Positions 10,847-19,763 of a DNA stretch of 64,000 nt are shown in pieces. This DNA is from Candidatus Poribacteria bacterium. Its GTDB lineage: Bacteria > Poribacteria > WGA-4E > WGA-3G. The first letter of the stretch is position 1; the number at the start of each line of letters is the position of its first letter. The position numbers and the translations under genes were made by a program. Location: NCBI GenBank assembly GCA_963663765.2, contig CAXXUA010000003.1:160001-224000 (forward strand). The letters run 5' to 3'. The notes under the pieces were generated by a model. It was not told the origin of the DNA. It worked only from the letters and a program-made list of their open reading frames with translations, and did not search any database.

Positions 10847-11059
10847 CTACCTCCTCTCTATACGAACTATACAAGTAACTCGCCAAGGTATCTTTTTGTA
10901 AATATAGGTCGCAACCCATGAGAAACAAAGCATTGTTGCAATAGTGACCGTAATGATTGTACTTGTCCTCTCAAAAAGACGGAAAATCTCAATAAGAATA
11001 CCAAAGATACTGAAAATAACAAACCAAAAAACATATTTCCATTTTTGGGATATAAGCAT
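10847..11059 (-). CDS. Small 2-TM protein; truncated paralogue of 11145-11576
   Basis: GGAGGG RBS; KWKYVFW...EIFRLF...LCFSWVATYIYKKI aligns with RWQYVYW...EGFRIF...LCVSLIATYIDKKI; lacks the Cys-rich C-terminus. Confidence 0.6.
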   Translation of the reverse strand: MLISQKWKYVFWFVIFSIFGILIEIFRLFERTSTIITVTIATMLCFSWVATYIYKKIPWRVTCIVRIERR

Positions 11060-11144
11060 ATAACACCCTCCATTATGCAAATAGGAACGCTTTTCTGTTA
11101 ACCACAAGCAACGTCAATTTTGAGGCAGGAAAATATTGTATTTT

Positions 11145-11576
11145 TCATGTATGTCCACATACGCGATAATCTTTTCCATTTTTATCAGTTTGAACGTGAT
11201 GGTCATTTTGAGTACATATACTGACACTTTTTCCGCACCCTGGGAGGGCTTCATCCGTCGGTAACTTAATACATATTCTTATTATTTCATGCGCTGGAGT
11301 AACCACGTCAAACTTACTCTGAACAGTATTACCACATTGTAAACATTTCCATTTATTTTCTGTAGTATGAACAACATTCCATATTCCCCATCGCATTATC
11401 TTTTTGTCAATATAAGTTGCTATCAGGGAAACACAGAGTATTGTCACAAAAGTCACCACGGTGGTATTAATGGGACCCGCAACAAAAATACGAAAACCTT
11501 CAACCAAAAGAATGTAAAAGCATAGAAAGGTAATCCAATAAACATATTGCCATCGGGCAGGTAATATAATAGGCAT
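11145..11576 (-). CDS. 2-TM protein with C-terminal Cys/His-rich domain
   Basis: GGAGG RBS before ATG 11576; CLQC, LPGCGKSVSIC, DYRVC; Cys domain homologous to that of 11681-12502. Confidence 0.7.
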   Translation of the reverse strand: MPIILPARWQYVYWITFLCFYILLVEGFRIFVAGPINTTVVTFVTILCVSLIATYIDKKIMRWGIWNVVHTTENKWKCLQCGNTVQSKFDVVTPAHEIIRICIKLPTDEALPGCGKSVSICTQNDHHVQTDKNGKDYRVCGHT

Positions 11577-11680
11577 AGAAACACCTCCGTATTTCATTAT
11601 AGTAGATTCGGGGGATGTATACCTTCCGAAACTGCTATACTGAATTGCCTTAAGTTTTTTACTACGATGAACAGTCGTCA

Positions 11681-12502
11681 CTAATAACTGTAACCAGAAA
11701 TGCTGTCATCGTAGCAACAAGTGCTGTCATCGTAGCAACAAGTGCTGTCATCGTAGCCACAGGTGCTGTCATCGTAGCCACAAGTGGCATCACCGCAACT
11801 ACCACAATTGTCATGTCCACCCTTACATTTTCGATAATCCTCACGGACCGGACAAGTTTGTACATTATGATACTTATTGGTGCAATCATATATCTCTCCA
11901 CCGCATCCCGGTATCTTGCCTTCTTCTGTTGGATTCTCTTCACAGACTCTGTAGTTTTTACAATGTCCCGCGTCTTCTAATTTCTTTTTGCTGGCATCTT
12001 CTGCTCCGCATTCACCGTCAGGAATATCTGCAGGACAGTACCATCTCTTCTGTGTAGTACCGCTCACTGTGACCAACTGTTTTACGTGTCCACCCTCACC
12101 ATGATCGCTATTAGAATCAGTGCTTTTTTTCTGTACCCATTTGTACAATTGTTGATCAATTAGAACTTTCACACCATCTAATGCACCACTTCCCATTGCA
12201 CTTGCTACTACTGCAACCCAAAAATCAGGATCCGTAATTATGTCAGCTTCCGCTTCCTGTTGTTCGGGTATCGTTTCCTGTTTATCATTTGGAGTATCTA
12301 CCGATGCACCTGTACTATTCAATACATCATCGGGCGCTCTCACATCAGAGGAGAAAGTATTTAAGGACGATCTATGAGAGTCCTGACGTGACTCAGCACT
12401 ATGCTTCTTCTGAACGGGTTGGTAATGCCCAAAATACAAAAACGAGATGATGGTTACAACACAAAATGTCACAATATAGTTTGGACGGATAAACTTTTTC
12501 AG
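11681..12502 (-). CDS. Exported Cys-rich protein with C-terminal C(G/C)YDDS(T/I) heptad repeats
   Basis: N-terminal TM, low-complexity linker, second hydrophobic patch, IPGCGGEIYDC and DYRKC motifs; AGGAG lies 5 nt before an in-frame CTG at 12502 (alternative GTG 12472). Confidence 0.7.
   Translation of the reverse strand: MKKFIRPNYIVTFCVVTIISFLYFGHYQPVQKKHSAESRQDSHRSSLNTFSSDVRAPDDVLNSTGASVDTPNDKQETIPEQQEAEADIITDPDFWVAVVASAMGSGALDGVKVLIDQQLYKWVQKKSTDSNSDHGEGGHVKQLVTVSGTTQKRWYCPADIPDGECGAEDASKKKLEDAGHCKNYRVCEENPTEEGKIPGCGGEIYDCTNKYHNVQTCPVREDYRKCKGGHDNCGSCGDATCGYDDSTCGYDDSTCCYDDSTCCYDDSISGYSY
11701..11784. repeat. 4 x 21-bp coding tandem repeat
   Basis: tgctgtcatcgtagc(a/c)aca(a/g)g repeated four times; encodes CGYDDST CGYDDST CCYDDST CCYDDSI. 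Confidence 0.95.
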
Positions 12503-12713
12503 TTGAACTCCTACTGTCTATCTTTTGAGTTTTTATATTCTTAGAAATACTATCTTATCATAGACTTTTATTCAGCAGGACTTAAGCAAATTTGGGGCTC
12601 TTGCTTAGAATTTTGTTCTTTTAAAAATTGTCCTCATGATTTTTTGTCATTTTCAAGGATATATCCCCTTTATCCCTCAAAAGCGAGGGGATGTGTCGGT
12701 TTTATTAAGATAA

Positions 12714-13145
12714 TCAACTATCTATATTGCCATCGTCTGGTGGTTGACACTTTCCTTCACCATGAAGGACATCGCCGACAAGTTCGCTAGTTTCAACCTT
12801 AGCACACTTATAATATTTTTTCTGGCAGATTGAACACGTCACCTTTTTATGATCTCTGGCCCTTTCACCTTCACTGAGATTCTCAGTATTTCTACATGTC
12901 CAATAACGCTTATAGCATCCTGTGCATTTTTTCACAAAGTGATCGCCCTTACTTCCTATTTCCTCTTCACATTTTATACAGAATATCTTTCGGGGACGAT
13001 GATACCACCAGGTTAATACACTATCTGTAGCAATGCCAATTGCACCAACTACAAACAAAATCCGGTAGAAGAGGTTGAAGGCATCTTGAGCCGATAGAAT
13101 TACAAAGAGTAAAAACAACCATAAATTGTTTGTTGACTTAAACAT
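12714..13145 (-). CDS. Membrane-anchored Cys/His-rich (zinc-ribbon-like) protein
   Basis: AGGAG RBS; two hydrophobic segments then CIKC, CTGCYKRYWTC, CSICQKKYYKC, HGEGKC. Confidence 0.72.
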   Translation of the reverse strand: MFKSTNNLWLFLLFVILSAQDAFNLFYRILFVVGAIGIATDSVLTWWYHRPRKIFCIKCEEEIGSKGDHFVKKCTGCYKRYWTCRNTENLSEGERARDHKKVTCSICQKKYYKCAKVETSELVGDVLHGEGKCQPPDDGNIDS

Positions 13146-13238
13146 TAATCTTTAGTCTCCTTTCCACAATAGATGAAAGTTACGGCAATATGAGAGGACT
13201 GAAACTACAACACTAAAGGAGAGTTTTAACTAAATTAA

Positions 13239-13463
13239 AGACTTGTGCCAGTTAACCAATTGTTTTTATAGTTATCACATATATTAGGTTTATTTAATGC
13301 ACACATATCGTCCCTACGGGACTAAAGAGGATGTACTATGACGTTTTTCTATAAACATATCGTCCCTACGGGACTGAAGATCGTTTCAAACTATGAAGGA
13401 CACCTGCAAAACGCCATGTTTATGTGAAACAATGATTAACATATAGTTATTTAGCACAACTCG
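13239..13463. mobile_element. MITE-like element (GACTTGTGC family) carrying two GTCCCTACGGGAC REP-like hairpins
   Basis: Imperfect TIRs gacttgtgccagttaac / tagttatttagcacaactcg; relatives at 29620-29952 and 30072-30370. Confidence 0.7.
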
Positions 13464-13473
13464 TTAAATTACT

Positions 13474-13560
13474 GAGATGTGTGCATAAATATTTGACGCT
13501 GCGGTGTGTAGACTACCTTTAGAACCAAATTAACACCGGAAATATTAATGCACACCCCTC
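13474..13560. mobile_element. 87-bp MITE-like element
   Basis: 21-bp TIRs gagatgtgtgcataaatattt / aaatattaatgcacacccctc (18/21 complementary). Confidence 0.55.
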
Positions 13561-13606
13561 GTTTAACTAATACCCTTCCTTAAAGCAATTTTTAATTTCT
13601 ACAACT

Positions 13607-13987
13607 TTAACTGCCATCATAGTATCCATCATCATAGCACCCACCATCATAGTATCCACCATCATTTGGTGGTTGACACTTTTCTTCACCATGAAGGACA
13701 TCACCAACAAGTTCGCCAGTGTCTGTCTCAGCACACTTATAATATTTTTATTGCAAAATGTACACGCCACTTCTTTATGATCTTTGGCACTTTCACCCTC
13801 ACGTAGATCATCGGTGTCTTTACATGTCCAATAATGTTCCTTGCATTCTACGCAACTTTTCTCAAAGTGATCGCCCTTATCTTCCATTTCCTCTTCACAT
13901 TTGATACACTCTATTTTTTCCGGCCAGTATCTAGCAACTACGACATTTATAATATGAAGTAGACCTCCTCCGACCCCCGCTTCTGCT
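13607..13987 (-). pseudogene. 5'-truncated, frameshifted paralogue of 12714-13145
   Basis: CIKCEEE..KGDHF..C..C...YWTC match; one A missing at ~13748 (aataaaaatattat); restoring it gives KYYKCAETDTGELVGDVLHGEEKCQPPNDGGYYDGGCYDDGYYDGS*; no start codon before the upstream in-frame stop. Confidence 0.8.
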
Positions 13988-14128
13988 TAATGTCAAACTT
14001 TTTTTCATAAATTTGTCTTATGTCTAAATTTTCCTTGAGATTTTCAATTAATCTATGTATACTTTAAAAAATTAATTATACGATTTTCAGTAAGTCAATC
14101 ATAGACATGTCTAAAAAAGGATAAGAAA

Positions 14129-14965
14129 ATGGAAACGACAAGCGATCTATCTGAATCAGTAGTACTTACACCTGAGCAAGCACAGTTTGTTGATACGAAC
14201 GGTTATCTCTTAATAAAAAATGCCTTACCCCCAGATGTCGTAGCAGAAATAGACGCTGCAGTAGACGAAGTTTATGCCAAACAGAAGGAAGCAGGCAATC
14301 TTGAAGGTGGCGGTAAGTTGAACCTACGCAATTGCATTACACATCATGAGGCATTCCTCCAACTACTCGACTGGCACAAATCTTTTCCTTACGCATGCGG
14401 TGTGTTGAATTGGAACATCCAAATGATTACGTCACACTTGATTGTGATGCCTTCTAAAGAGGAACCACCCGACGATGTGAAGACCAAGATTGGACTTCAT
14501 CGTGATGGCGGATCTTCATATCGTGAGATGCAAGAACCGCATCCACGTATCCTGCTCAAGTTAGCTTACGCTATCAGCGACCAATCTGACCCCGCGTCAG
14601 GGGCAACAGTGTTAGTACCGGGAAGCAACAGGTTGACAGGTATGCCTGCACGAGACCCAGAAACAGGTTGGGCGCGTGGTGCGATTTCTATGAACGTCAA
14701 TGCTGGTGATGCCTTCCTTTTTGAACAACGAACGTATCACGGTATCGGGCACAATTGGTCAGGAATTCCACGAAAAACAATATTTATGGGATACGCATAC
14801 CGTTGGATCAAACCGATGGATTATATACAAATGCCTGATGAGTTGGTCACCAGATGTAATCCAATTCAAAAACAACTCATCGGGGTTGTTGACGATGCAA
14901 TGAGTTTCTACATTCCACAAGAAAAAGATGTTCCGTTGAAAAAAGCTCTCAATGGAGGTAAATAG
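14129..14965 (+). CDS. Phytanoyl-CoA dioxygenase (PhyH) family 2OG-Fe(II) oxygenase
   Basis: FVDTNGYLLIKNAL, LHRDG, GATVLVPGS, AGDAFLFEQRTYHG. Confidence 0.88.
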   Translation: METTSDLSESVVLTPEQAQFVDTNGYLLIKNALPPDVVAEIDAAVDEVYAKQKEAGNLEGGGKLNLRNCITHHEAFLQLLDWHKSFPYACGVLNWNIQMITSHLIVMPSKEEPPDDVKTKIGLHRDGGSSYREMQEPHPRILLKLAYAISDQSDPASGATVLVPGSNRLTGMPARDPETGWARGAISMNVNAGDAFLFEQRTYHGIGHNWSGIPRKTIFMGYAYRWIKPMDYIQMPDELVTRCNPIQKQLIGVVDDAMSFYIPQEKDVPLKKALNGGK

Positions 14966-14999
14966 AATTCTGTCTCTGCAGAATCACTTTTAGATGTTT

Positions 15000-15935
15000 C
15001 TACTGACCTTCGGCAGCATCTAATTGCTGTTTTAGAGATAGACTATGCTCTAATAAAGCACGGGCATAAGGGATATTGTGTAGGCCGTAACCGCTGTCAC
15101 CTTTCACCATGTCGTAGTTTAACTTCGCGTCTTTATAGGATTGAGAAGTTTTATCTGCTGTATTGTCCAGCATTTTCTTGACTTCCTTCATTTTTGCCTC
15201 AATTTCAGCGCGATATATTGGGAGTCTCGTTGTCATGTCGTTGTCAACACTATCATGGCATCCTGCATTACCACACGTTGAGAAGTCTGCCTTGAAAGTG
15301 TGACCACCGTGTTTTGCTATCGCATCCGGTTCTTCTGGTTTCACGACATCTGATTCGACTTTTGCCATGTGGCAATGCACACAACGTTTTTTCATGGCGC
15401 GTACGTGCGGTGACGGCATCCGTTTAACACCAGCTCCTTCGCGACCCAAGAACATCTCCGATTGTGATTGGTGTACAATACCAGCACCAGCACAACCGCA
15501 GTCCATCTTGTGGCAGCTGACACACAATTTTTTAGCAGGCATTACCAACAAGTGTTCCTCTTTACTTGCATGAGAGTGACAAGATGAACATGCAACAGCA
15601 TTGACTGCAGTTTTTTCGTTATACGAGTGACCAGGAATGCTTCTATTAGCAAACATCTCATATCCAGAAGAGTGACAACTCAGACAAGATTTTTTCACCT
15701 CATAGGGTCCCTTAAGCAGATTGACAAGGGCATGTGAATGTCCTGCTTGTGTCCATTCTTTAAAAGCATCTTCGTCTCCATGACACTTGTTACATCCTTC
15801 TGCAAAAGGTGTGCGCTTACTCTCTGATGTGCTTTGTTGTTTGTCCGATGAATCTGCTTGAAGTGCAGTAATTTTTAGAACTACGAATGTTCCCATCATC
15901 AGGGATAATACTAAAAATATGATCGCTTGTTTCAT
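15000..15935 (-). CDS. Exported multiheme c-type cytochrome
   Basis: Signal/TM helix; five CxxCH motifs (CNKCH, CLSCH, CSSCH, CVSCH, CVHCH) plus CGNAGCH; C-terminal DSGYGLHNIPYA helix motif. Confidence 0.9.
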   Translation of the reverse strand: MKQAIIFLVLSLMMGTFVVLKITALQADSSDKQQSTSESKRTPFAEGCNKCHGDEDAFKEWTQAGHSHALVNLLKGPYEVKKSCLSCHSSGYEMFANRSIPGHSYNEKTAVNAVACSSCHSHASKEEHLLVMPAKKLCVSCHKMDCGCAGAGIVHQSQSEMFLGREGAGVKRMPSPHVRAMKKRCVHCHMAKVESDVVKPEEPDAIAKHGGHTFKADFSTCGNAGCHDSVDNDMTTRLPIYRAEIEAKMKEVKKMLDNTADKTSQSYKDAKLNYDMVKGDSGYGLHNIPYARALLEHSLSLKQQLDAAEGQ

Positions 15936-16069
15936 AACTTCATAATTGAAAATAAATACTCATTTTATTGATAGTTAACTTACTTTGTTTCTCTATAAGA
16001 TATGTCATTTTCTGAAATTTGTCAATGAAAAGTTTTAAGTCCTAATAGATTAACCCAGGAGGAATCCTT

Positions 16070-16729
16070 ATGTCTAAAATTGAACTATTTAATGGTAAGA
16101 ACCTTGATGACTGGCACGCCAGAGGCGGTGCTGCAAAACATGCATGGTCTGCCATCGGTGATGTCGCACTCCACCCAGATGATCGCAAGTTGTTGGCAGC
16201 GACCGACGGTGAAGGTGTTTTTTACAACGGTCCCACAGGGCGCACAGCCGATCTCTACACAGAATATGAACACAGCAATTGTGAACTGCACGTTGAGTTT
16301 ATGGTGCCGCAAGGTTCAAACTCCGGTGTTTATGTCATGGGTAGATACGAAATACAGATATTGGATAGTTGGGGTGCAACAGAACTCAACTATGGTACTT
16401 GTGGAGGCGTGTATTGTCGTTGGATTGACAATAAACCTGTTGACGGTGTACCACCACGCGTTAATGCAAGCAAACCGCCAGGGGAATGGCAAACGTATGA
16501 TATTACCTTCCGCGCACCAAGGTTTGACGCAAATAACAATAAAACTGAAAATGCTACCTTCGTCAAAGTCGTGTGGAACGGACAAATAGTCCATGAAAAC
16601 GTTGAAGTTGCGGGGGTCACACGCGGAGCAATGTTAAATGAAGAAGCCTCAACAGGTCCCTTATTGCTGCAAGGCGATCACGGTCCTGTGGCATACCGCA
16701 ATGTCGTTTTGACACCGATTGAAGGTTGA
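16070..16729 (+). CDS. DUF1080 (3-keto-disaccharide hydrolase) family protein
   Basis: LFNGKNLDDW, LHVEF, NSGVY, YEIQILDS, PGEWQTYDI, GPLLLQGDHGPVAYRN. Confidence 0.9.
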   Translation: MSKIELFNGKNLDDWHARGGAAKHAWSAIGDVALHPDDRKLLAATDGEGVFYNGPTGRTADLYTEYEHSNCELHVEFMVPQGSNSGVYVMGRYEIQILDSWGATELNYGTCGGVYCRWIDNKPVDGVPPRVNASKPPGEWQTYDITFRAPRFDANNNKTENATFVKVVWNGQIVHENVEVAGVTRGAMLNEEASTGPLLLQGDHGPVAYRNVVLTPIEG

Positions 16730-16740
16730 TTTATCTACCT

Positions 16741-17250
16741 TCAATTATGTAAAATATGGTATGTTGCGACTGCCAGTGCAACGTGCACATTTAAGGAACC
16801 GACTTTACCATACATCGGCAGGTAAATTGCCATATCACACACATCAAGGGTGCGTCGGGAGATACCACGGTATTCATTCCCGATAATCAGACATACTTTG
16901 TCAGGATATTCAACCGAATGATAGGGAACAGCATCCGTTGCAACCTCTAATGCACATGCAAGATATCCCTCTTTTTTGTATTCTTCAACAGCATCAGCAG
17001 CGTATTTTGTTGTATGCCAAGAGACTCTACGATGTGTACCGCGCCCAATCCCCGCAATAGTCGGATCCGGCGGATGCGCGCTAATACCTGCTAACACAAC
17101 CTCACGAACACCGCAGGCATCTGCTATTCTGAAGGTCGCCCCAACATTGACCGGATCTTCAACGTCTTGTAGTACAAAAACAAGTTCAACTGCAGGTGAA
17201 CCTGACTGTCTTAAAAAGTGTTTAAGTGCATTTTTTCGTAACTGTTTCAT
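16741..17250 (-). CDS. SpoU/TrmH family RNA methyltransferase
   Basis: LQDVEDPVNVGATFR, IIGNEYRGIS, LPMYGKVGSLNV. Confidence 0.9.
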   Translation of the reverse strand: MKQLRKNALKHFLRQSGSPAVELVFVLQDVEDPVNVGATFRIADACGVREVVLAGISAHPPDPTIAGIGRGTHRRVSWHTTKYAADAVEEYKKEGYLACALEVATDAVPYHSVEYPDKVCLIIGNEYRGISRRTLDVCDMAIYLPMYGKVGSLNVHVALAVATYHILHN

Positions 17251-17271
17251 AAAAAGGATTAATTTAGAACT

Positions 17272-18330
17272 ATGGATAAACTAAAACTCGGTATAATTGG
17301 TGCTGGTGGAATCGTCTGCAGAATGCATCTACCAGATCTGAAAAGAGGCGAAGATTTTGAGGTTGATGTCATCGGGGGCAGACGCGAGCACCGACTAAAA
17401 CATCAATGTCAAGAATTTGGCATACCACGTTGGACACAAAATTACGAGGCGATTATAGCAGATGACTCACTTGACGCTATCCTCGTCGGGACACCGCACC
17501 CCCTACATGTGCCGTGGGGTGTGTTAGCATTGGAAGCAGACAAACATGTGTTGATGCAAAAGCCACTCTGCGGCGATATAGACGAAGCGAATCAGTTTGT
17601 AGATGCTGCTGAAGCGAGTGGAAAAACTGTCATGTGTCTTCCACATTTCAATGCCGGCATCTATAAAATTCGTCAACTCATTGCAGAAGAAGCCATCGGA
17701 CGTGTGTCAGGTGCAAGGATGCGACACAGCCACGGTGGTCCCGAGGTCTACTATGCTGAAATCCGAGACATTTTCGGTGAATCTGGTGACGACCTGTGGT
17801 TTTTTGATGCGAAACAAGCAAGTGTCGGCGCACTATTTGATATGGGTGTTTATGCTGTCTCTGGATTAGTTGCAATGCTTGGTACATTCAAACGCGTAAC
17901 AGGTTTCGTTTCCACTTTCGACAAACCCACTGAATTAGAGGACGTTGCAACATTGGTGCTTGAAATGCAATCAGGAGGTATTGTCACCGCTGAAACAAGT
18001 TGGTGTGACCCTGCAAGAACTGGCGAAGCTACCGTCCACGGTACTGCCGGCAAGTTCACCATGCCCGGTAAAGATGGTGCGACACTCACACAGTGGACAC
18101 CCACCTCTTACACCCGCGAGCATGCGCCGGTTGACACAAAAGCGATTGACTGCAGCGATGTCGCACCGAGTGGTATGCACGCACACTTCGCAGAACATAT
18201 CCGTGCTGGAACACAACCCCCTCTCTCCAATGTTTGGACAGCACGGCATGTCACTGAAATCCTACTTGCAGGTCTCAAATCTTCCGATACGGGAAGCGCA
18301 ATTGAACTCACCACAGAAGCGGACAAGTAA
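17272..18330 (+). CDS. Gfo/Idh/MocA family oxidoreductase
   Basis: LGIIGAGGI, GTPHPLH, KHVLMQKP, GALFDMGVY. Confidence 0.9.
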   Translation: MDKLKLGIIGAGGIVCRMHLPDLKRGEDFEVDVIGGRREHRLKHQCQEFGIPRWTQNYEAIIADDSLDAILVGTPHPLHVPWGVLALEADKHVLMQKPLCGDIDEANQFVDAAEASGKTVMCLPHFNAGIYKIRQLIAEEAIGRVSGARMRHSHGGPEVYYAEIRDIFGESGDDLWFFDAKQASVGALFDMGVYAVSGLVAMLGTFKRVTGFVSTFDKPTELEDVATLVLEMQSGGIVTAETSWCDPARTGEATVHGTAGKFTMPGKDGATLTQWTPTSYTREHAPVDTKAIDCSDVAPSGMHAHFAEHIRAGTQPPLSNVWTARHVTEILLAGLKSSDTGSAIELTTEADK

Positions 18331-18345
18331 CCTTGCAAACAAAAC

Positions 18346-18393
18346 AGACATCTCCATATAGGTATGTTTTCCGCACCCATAATGGAGATGTCT
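18346..18393. terminator. Hairpin between convergent genes (probable bidirectional terminator)
   Basis: agacatctccat ... atggagatgtct perfect 12-bp inverted repeat. Confidence 0.55.
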
Positions 18394-18399
18394 ACACAA

Positions 18400-18849
18400 T
18401 TAACCTATATCCGCATGAAATTCATACCAATCATCAAGGTTATTGAGGTTGACAGCATCTAAAATCGTACCATCATCTTCAATACCGCTTGCACCGAGAA
18501 TACTTTTTCGGGTATCGTCATCGTGATTATACCCCCCTATCGCCGCATTTAGTTCTGCAACTGCGTCAGCATCAAGACTACCACCTTTCTGCTCTAAAAC
18601 CCACGCTTCAAATTGAGGATAGGTAGGCGAATTGTCTCGAATATATGCTAACGTTGCATCCTTATCAAGTCCAAGACCGTCCAACACCATCTGATCATAT
18701 CCCGAGCCACATGCCGGGTAGTCTTGATGTAGGACACCTTTGGAATCCATCAGAACTTTTGACCAAAACCTGGGGAGGTGTAACACCCCAAGTGGACCTT
18801 TGACTCCGGAACTGATAGTCGGAATCATCCTTTTTTTCCTTCCAAACAT
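18400..18849 (-). CDS. DUF5069-like protein
   Basis: AGGAGG RBS; GPLGVLHLPRFWSK...DYPACGSGYDQMVL...PTYPQFEAW. Confidence 0.65.
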   Translation of the reverse strand: MFGRKKRMIPTISSGVKGPLGVLHLPRFWSKVLMDSKGVLHQDYPACGSGYDQMVLDGLGLDKDATLAYIRDNSPTYPQFEAWVLEQKGGSLDADAVAELNAAIGGYNHDDDTRKSILGASGIEDDGTILDAVNLNNLDDWYEFHADIG

Positions 18850-19050
18850 AACAAGCCTCCTTGCTAATTATGTGTTATACCAAATTAACGGGATTTATCT
18901 TTTTTCCGACGGTATGTGCGGTTTCCTAACCGAACACTTAGCAATACAGAATCACATTAATTGAGTATTACATAGAAGTCATAACGTGCAAGTCCATCTT
19001 GCAACCTAACCCATTATAGCAAACGTTCAAAAAAAGCTAAACATAATTTA

Positions 19051-19579
19051 CCTAAAATCCAGGGTTCTTCAGTTTTACCCATTTTTACCCGTTTCCTGAG
19101 AAAATCGCGACCGGGAGGTCGCTCCTACCACGGGGTTTCTTTTTCAAAAATCCAAAAATTAGGAAAACTGAATAACCCTACCTAAAATCCAGGGTTCTGC
19201 AGTTTTACCCATTTTTGCCCGTTTCCTGAGAAAATCGCGACCGGGAGGTCGCTCCTACCGCGGGGTTTCTTTTTCAAAAATCCAAAAATTAGGAAAACTG
19301 AATAACCCTACCTAAAATCCAGGGTTCTGCAGTTTTACCCATTTTTGCCCGTTTCCTGAGAAAATCGCGACCGGGAGGTCGCTCCTACCGCGGGGTTTCT
19401 TTTTCAAAAATCCAAAAATTAGGAAAACTGAATAACCCTACCTAAAATCCAGGGTTCTTCAGTTTTACCCATTTTTACCCGTTTCCTGAGAAAATCGCGA
19501 CCGGGAGGTCGCTCCTACCGCGGGGTTTCTTTTTCAAAAATCCAAAAATTAGGAAAACTGAATAACCCTACCTAAAATC
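19051..19579. repeat. Four tandem 130-bp units = ~121-bp TIR element + 9-bp cctaaaatc duplication (5 copies)
   Basis: cctaaaatc at 19051, 19181, 19311, 19441, 19571; each unit has TIRs cagggttct(t/g)cagtttt / aaaactgaataacccta and an internal gcgaccgggaggtcgctcctac hairpin. Confidence 0.95.
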
Positions 19580-19763
19580 AGGTGTGTAAAGTTTTTGACA
19601 GACAGAATAGCGGTAGCGCAAACTTTATGAAGATTAGTTTATTAATTCGGAAATTATAGTCTCTATCAAACACGGTAGGTGTGGTTTCCGAACTGAACAA
19701 ATGTCCAATTAAATTCTAAAGTCTACTATAATATTTAGGAAGGCACTTGTGGTGATTATGCTT

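Noticed and set aside
11662-11943. ORF with VATMTAL repeats
   Set aside because: Alternative-frame reading of the 21-bp repeat; the Cys-rich frame has homology to a neighbouring gene
13567-13745. Met-rich C-terminus (QMMVDTMMVGAMMMD) of the 106-aa ORF
   Set aside because: Out-of-frame product after the single-base deletion; the true frame matches the paralogue
19051-19579. 130-bp periodic repeat as a CRISPR array for the csm operon
   Set aside because: Units are almost identical over their whole length; there are no unique spacers and each unit has TIR structure
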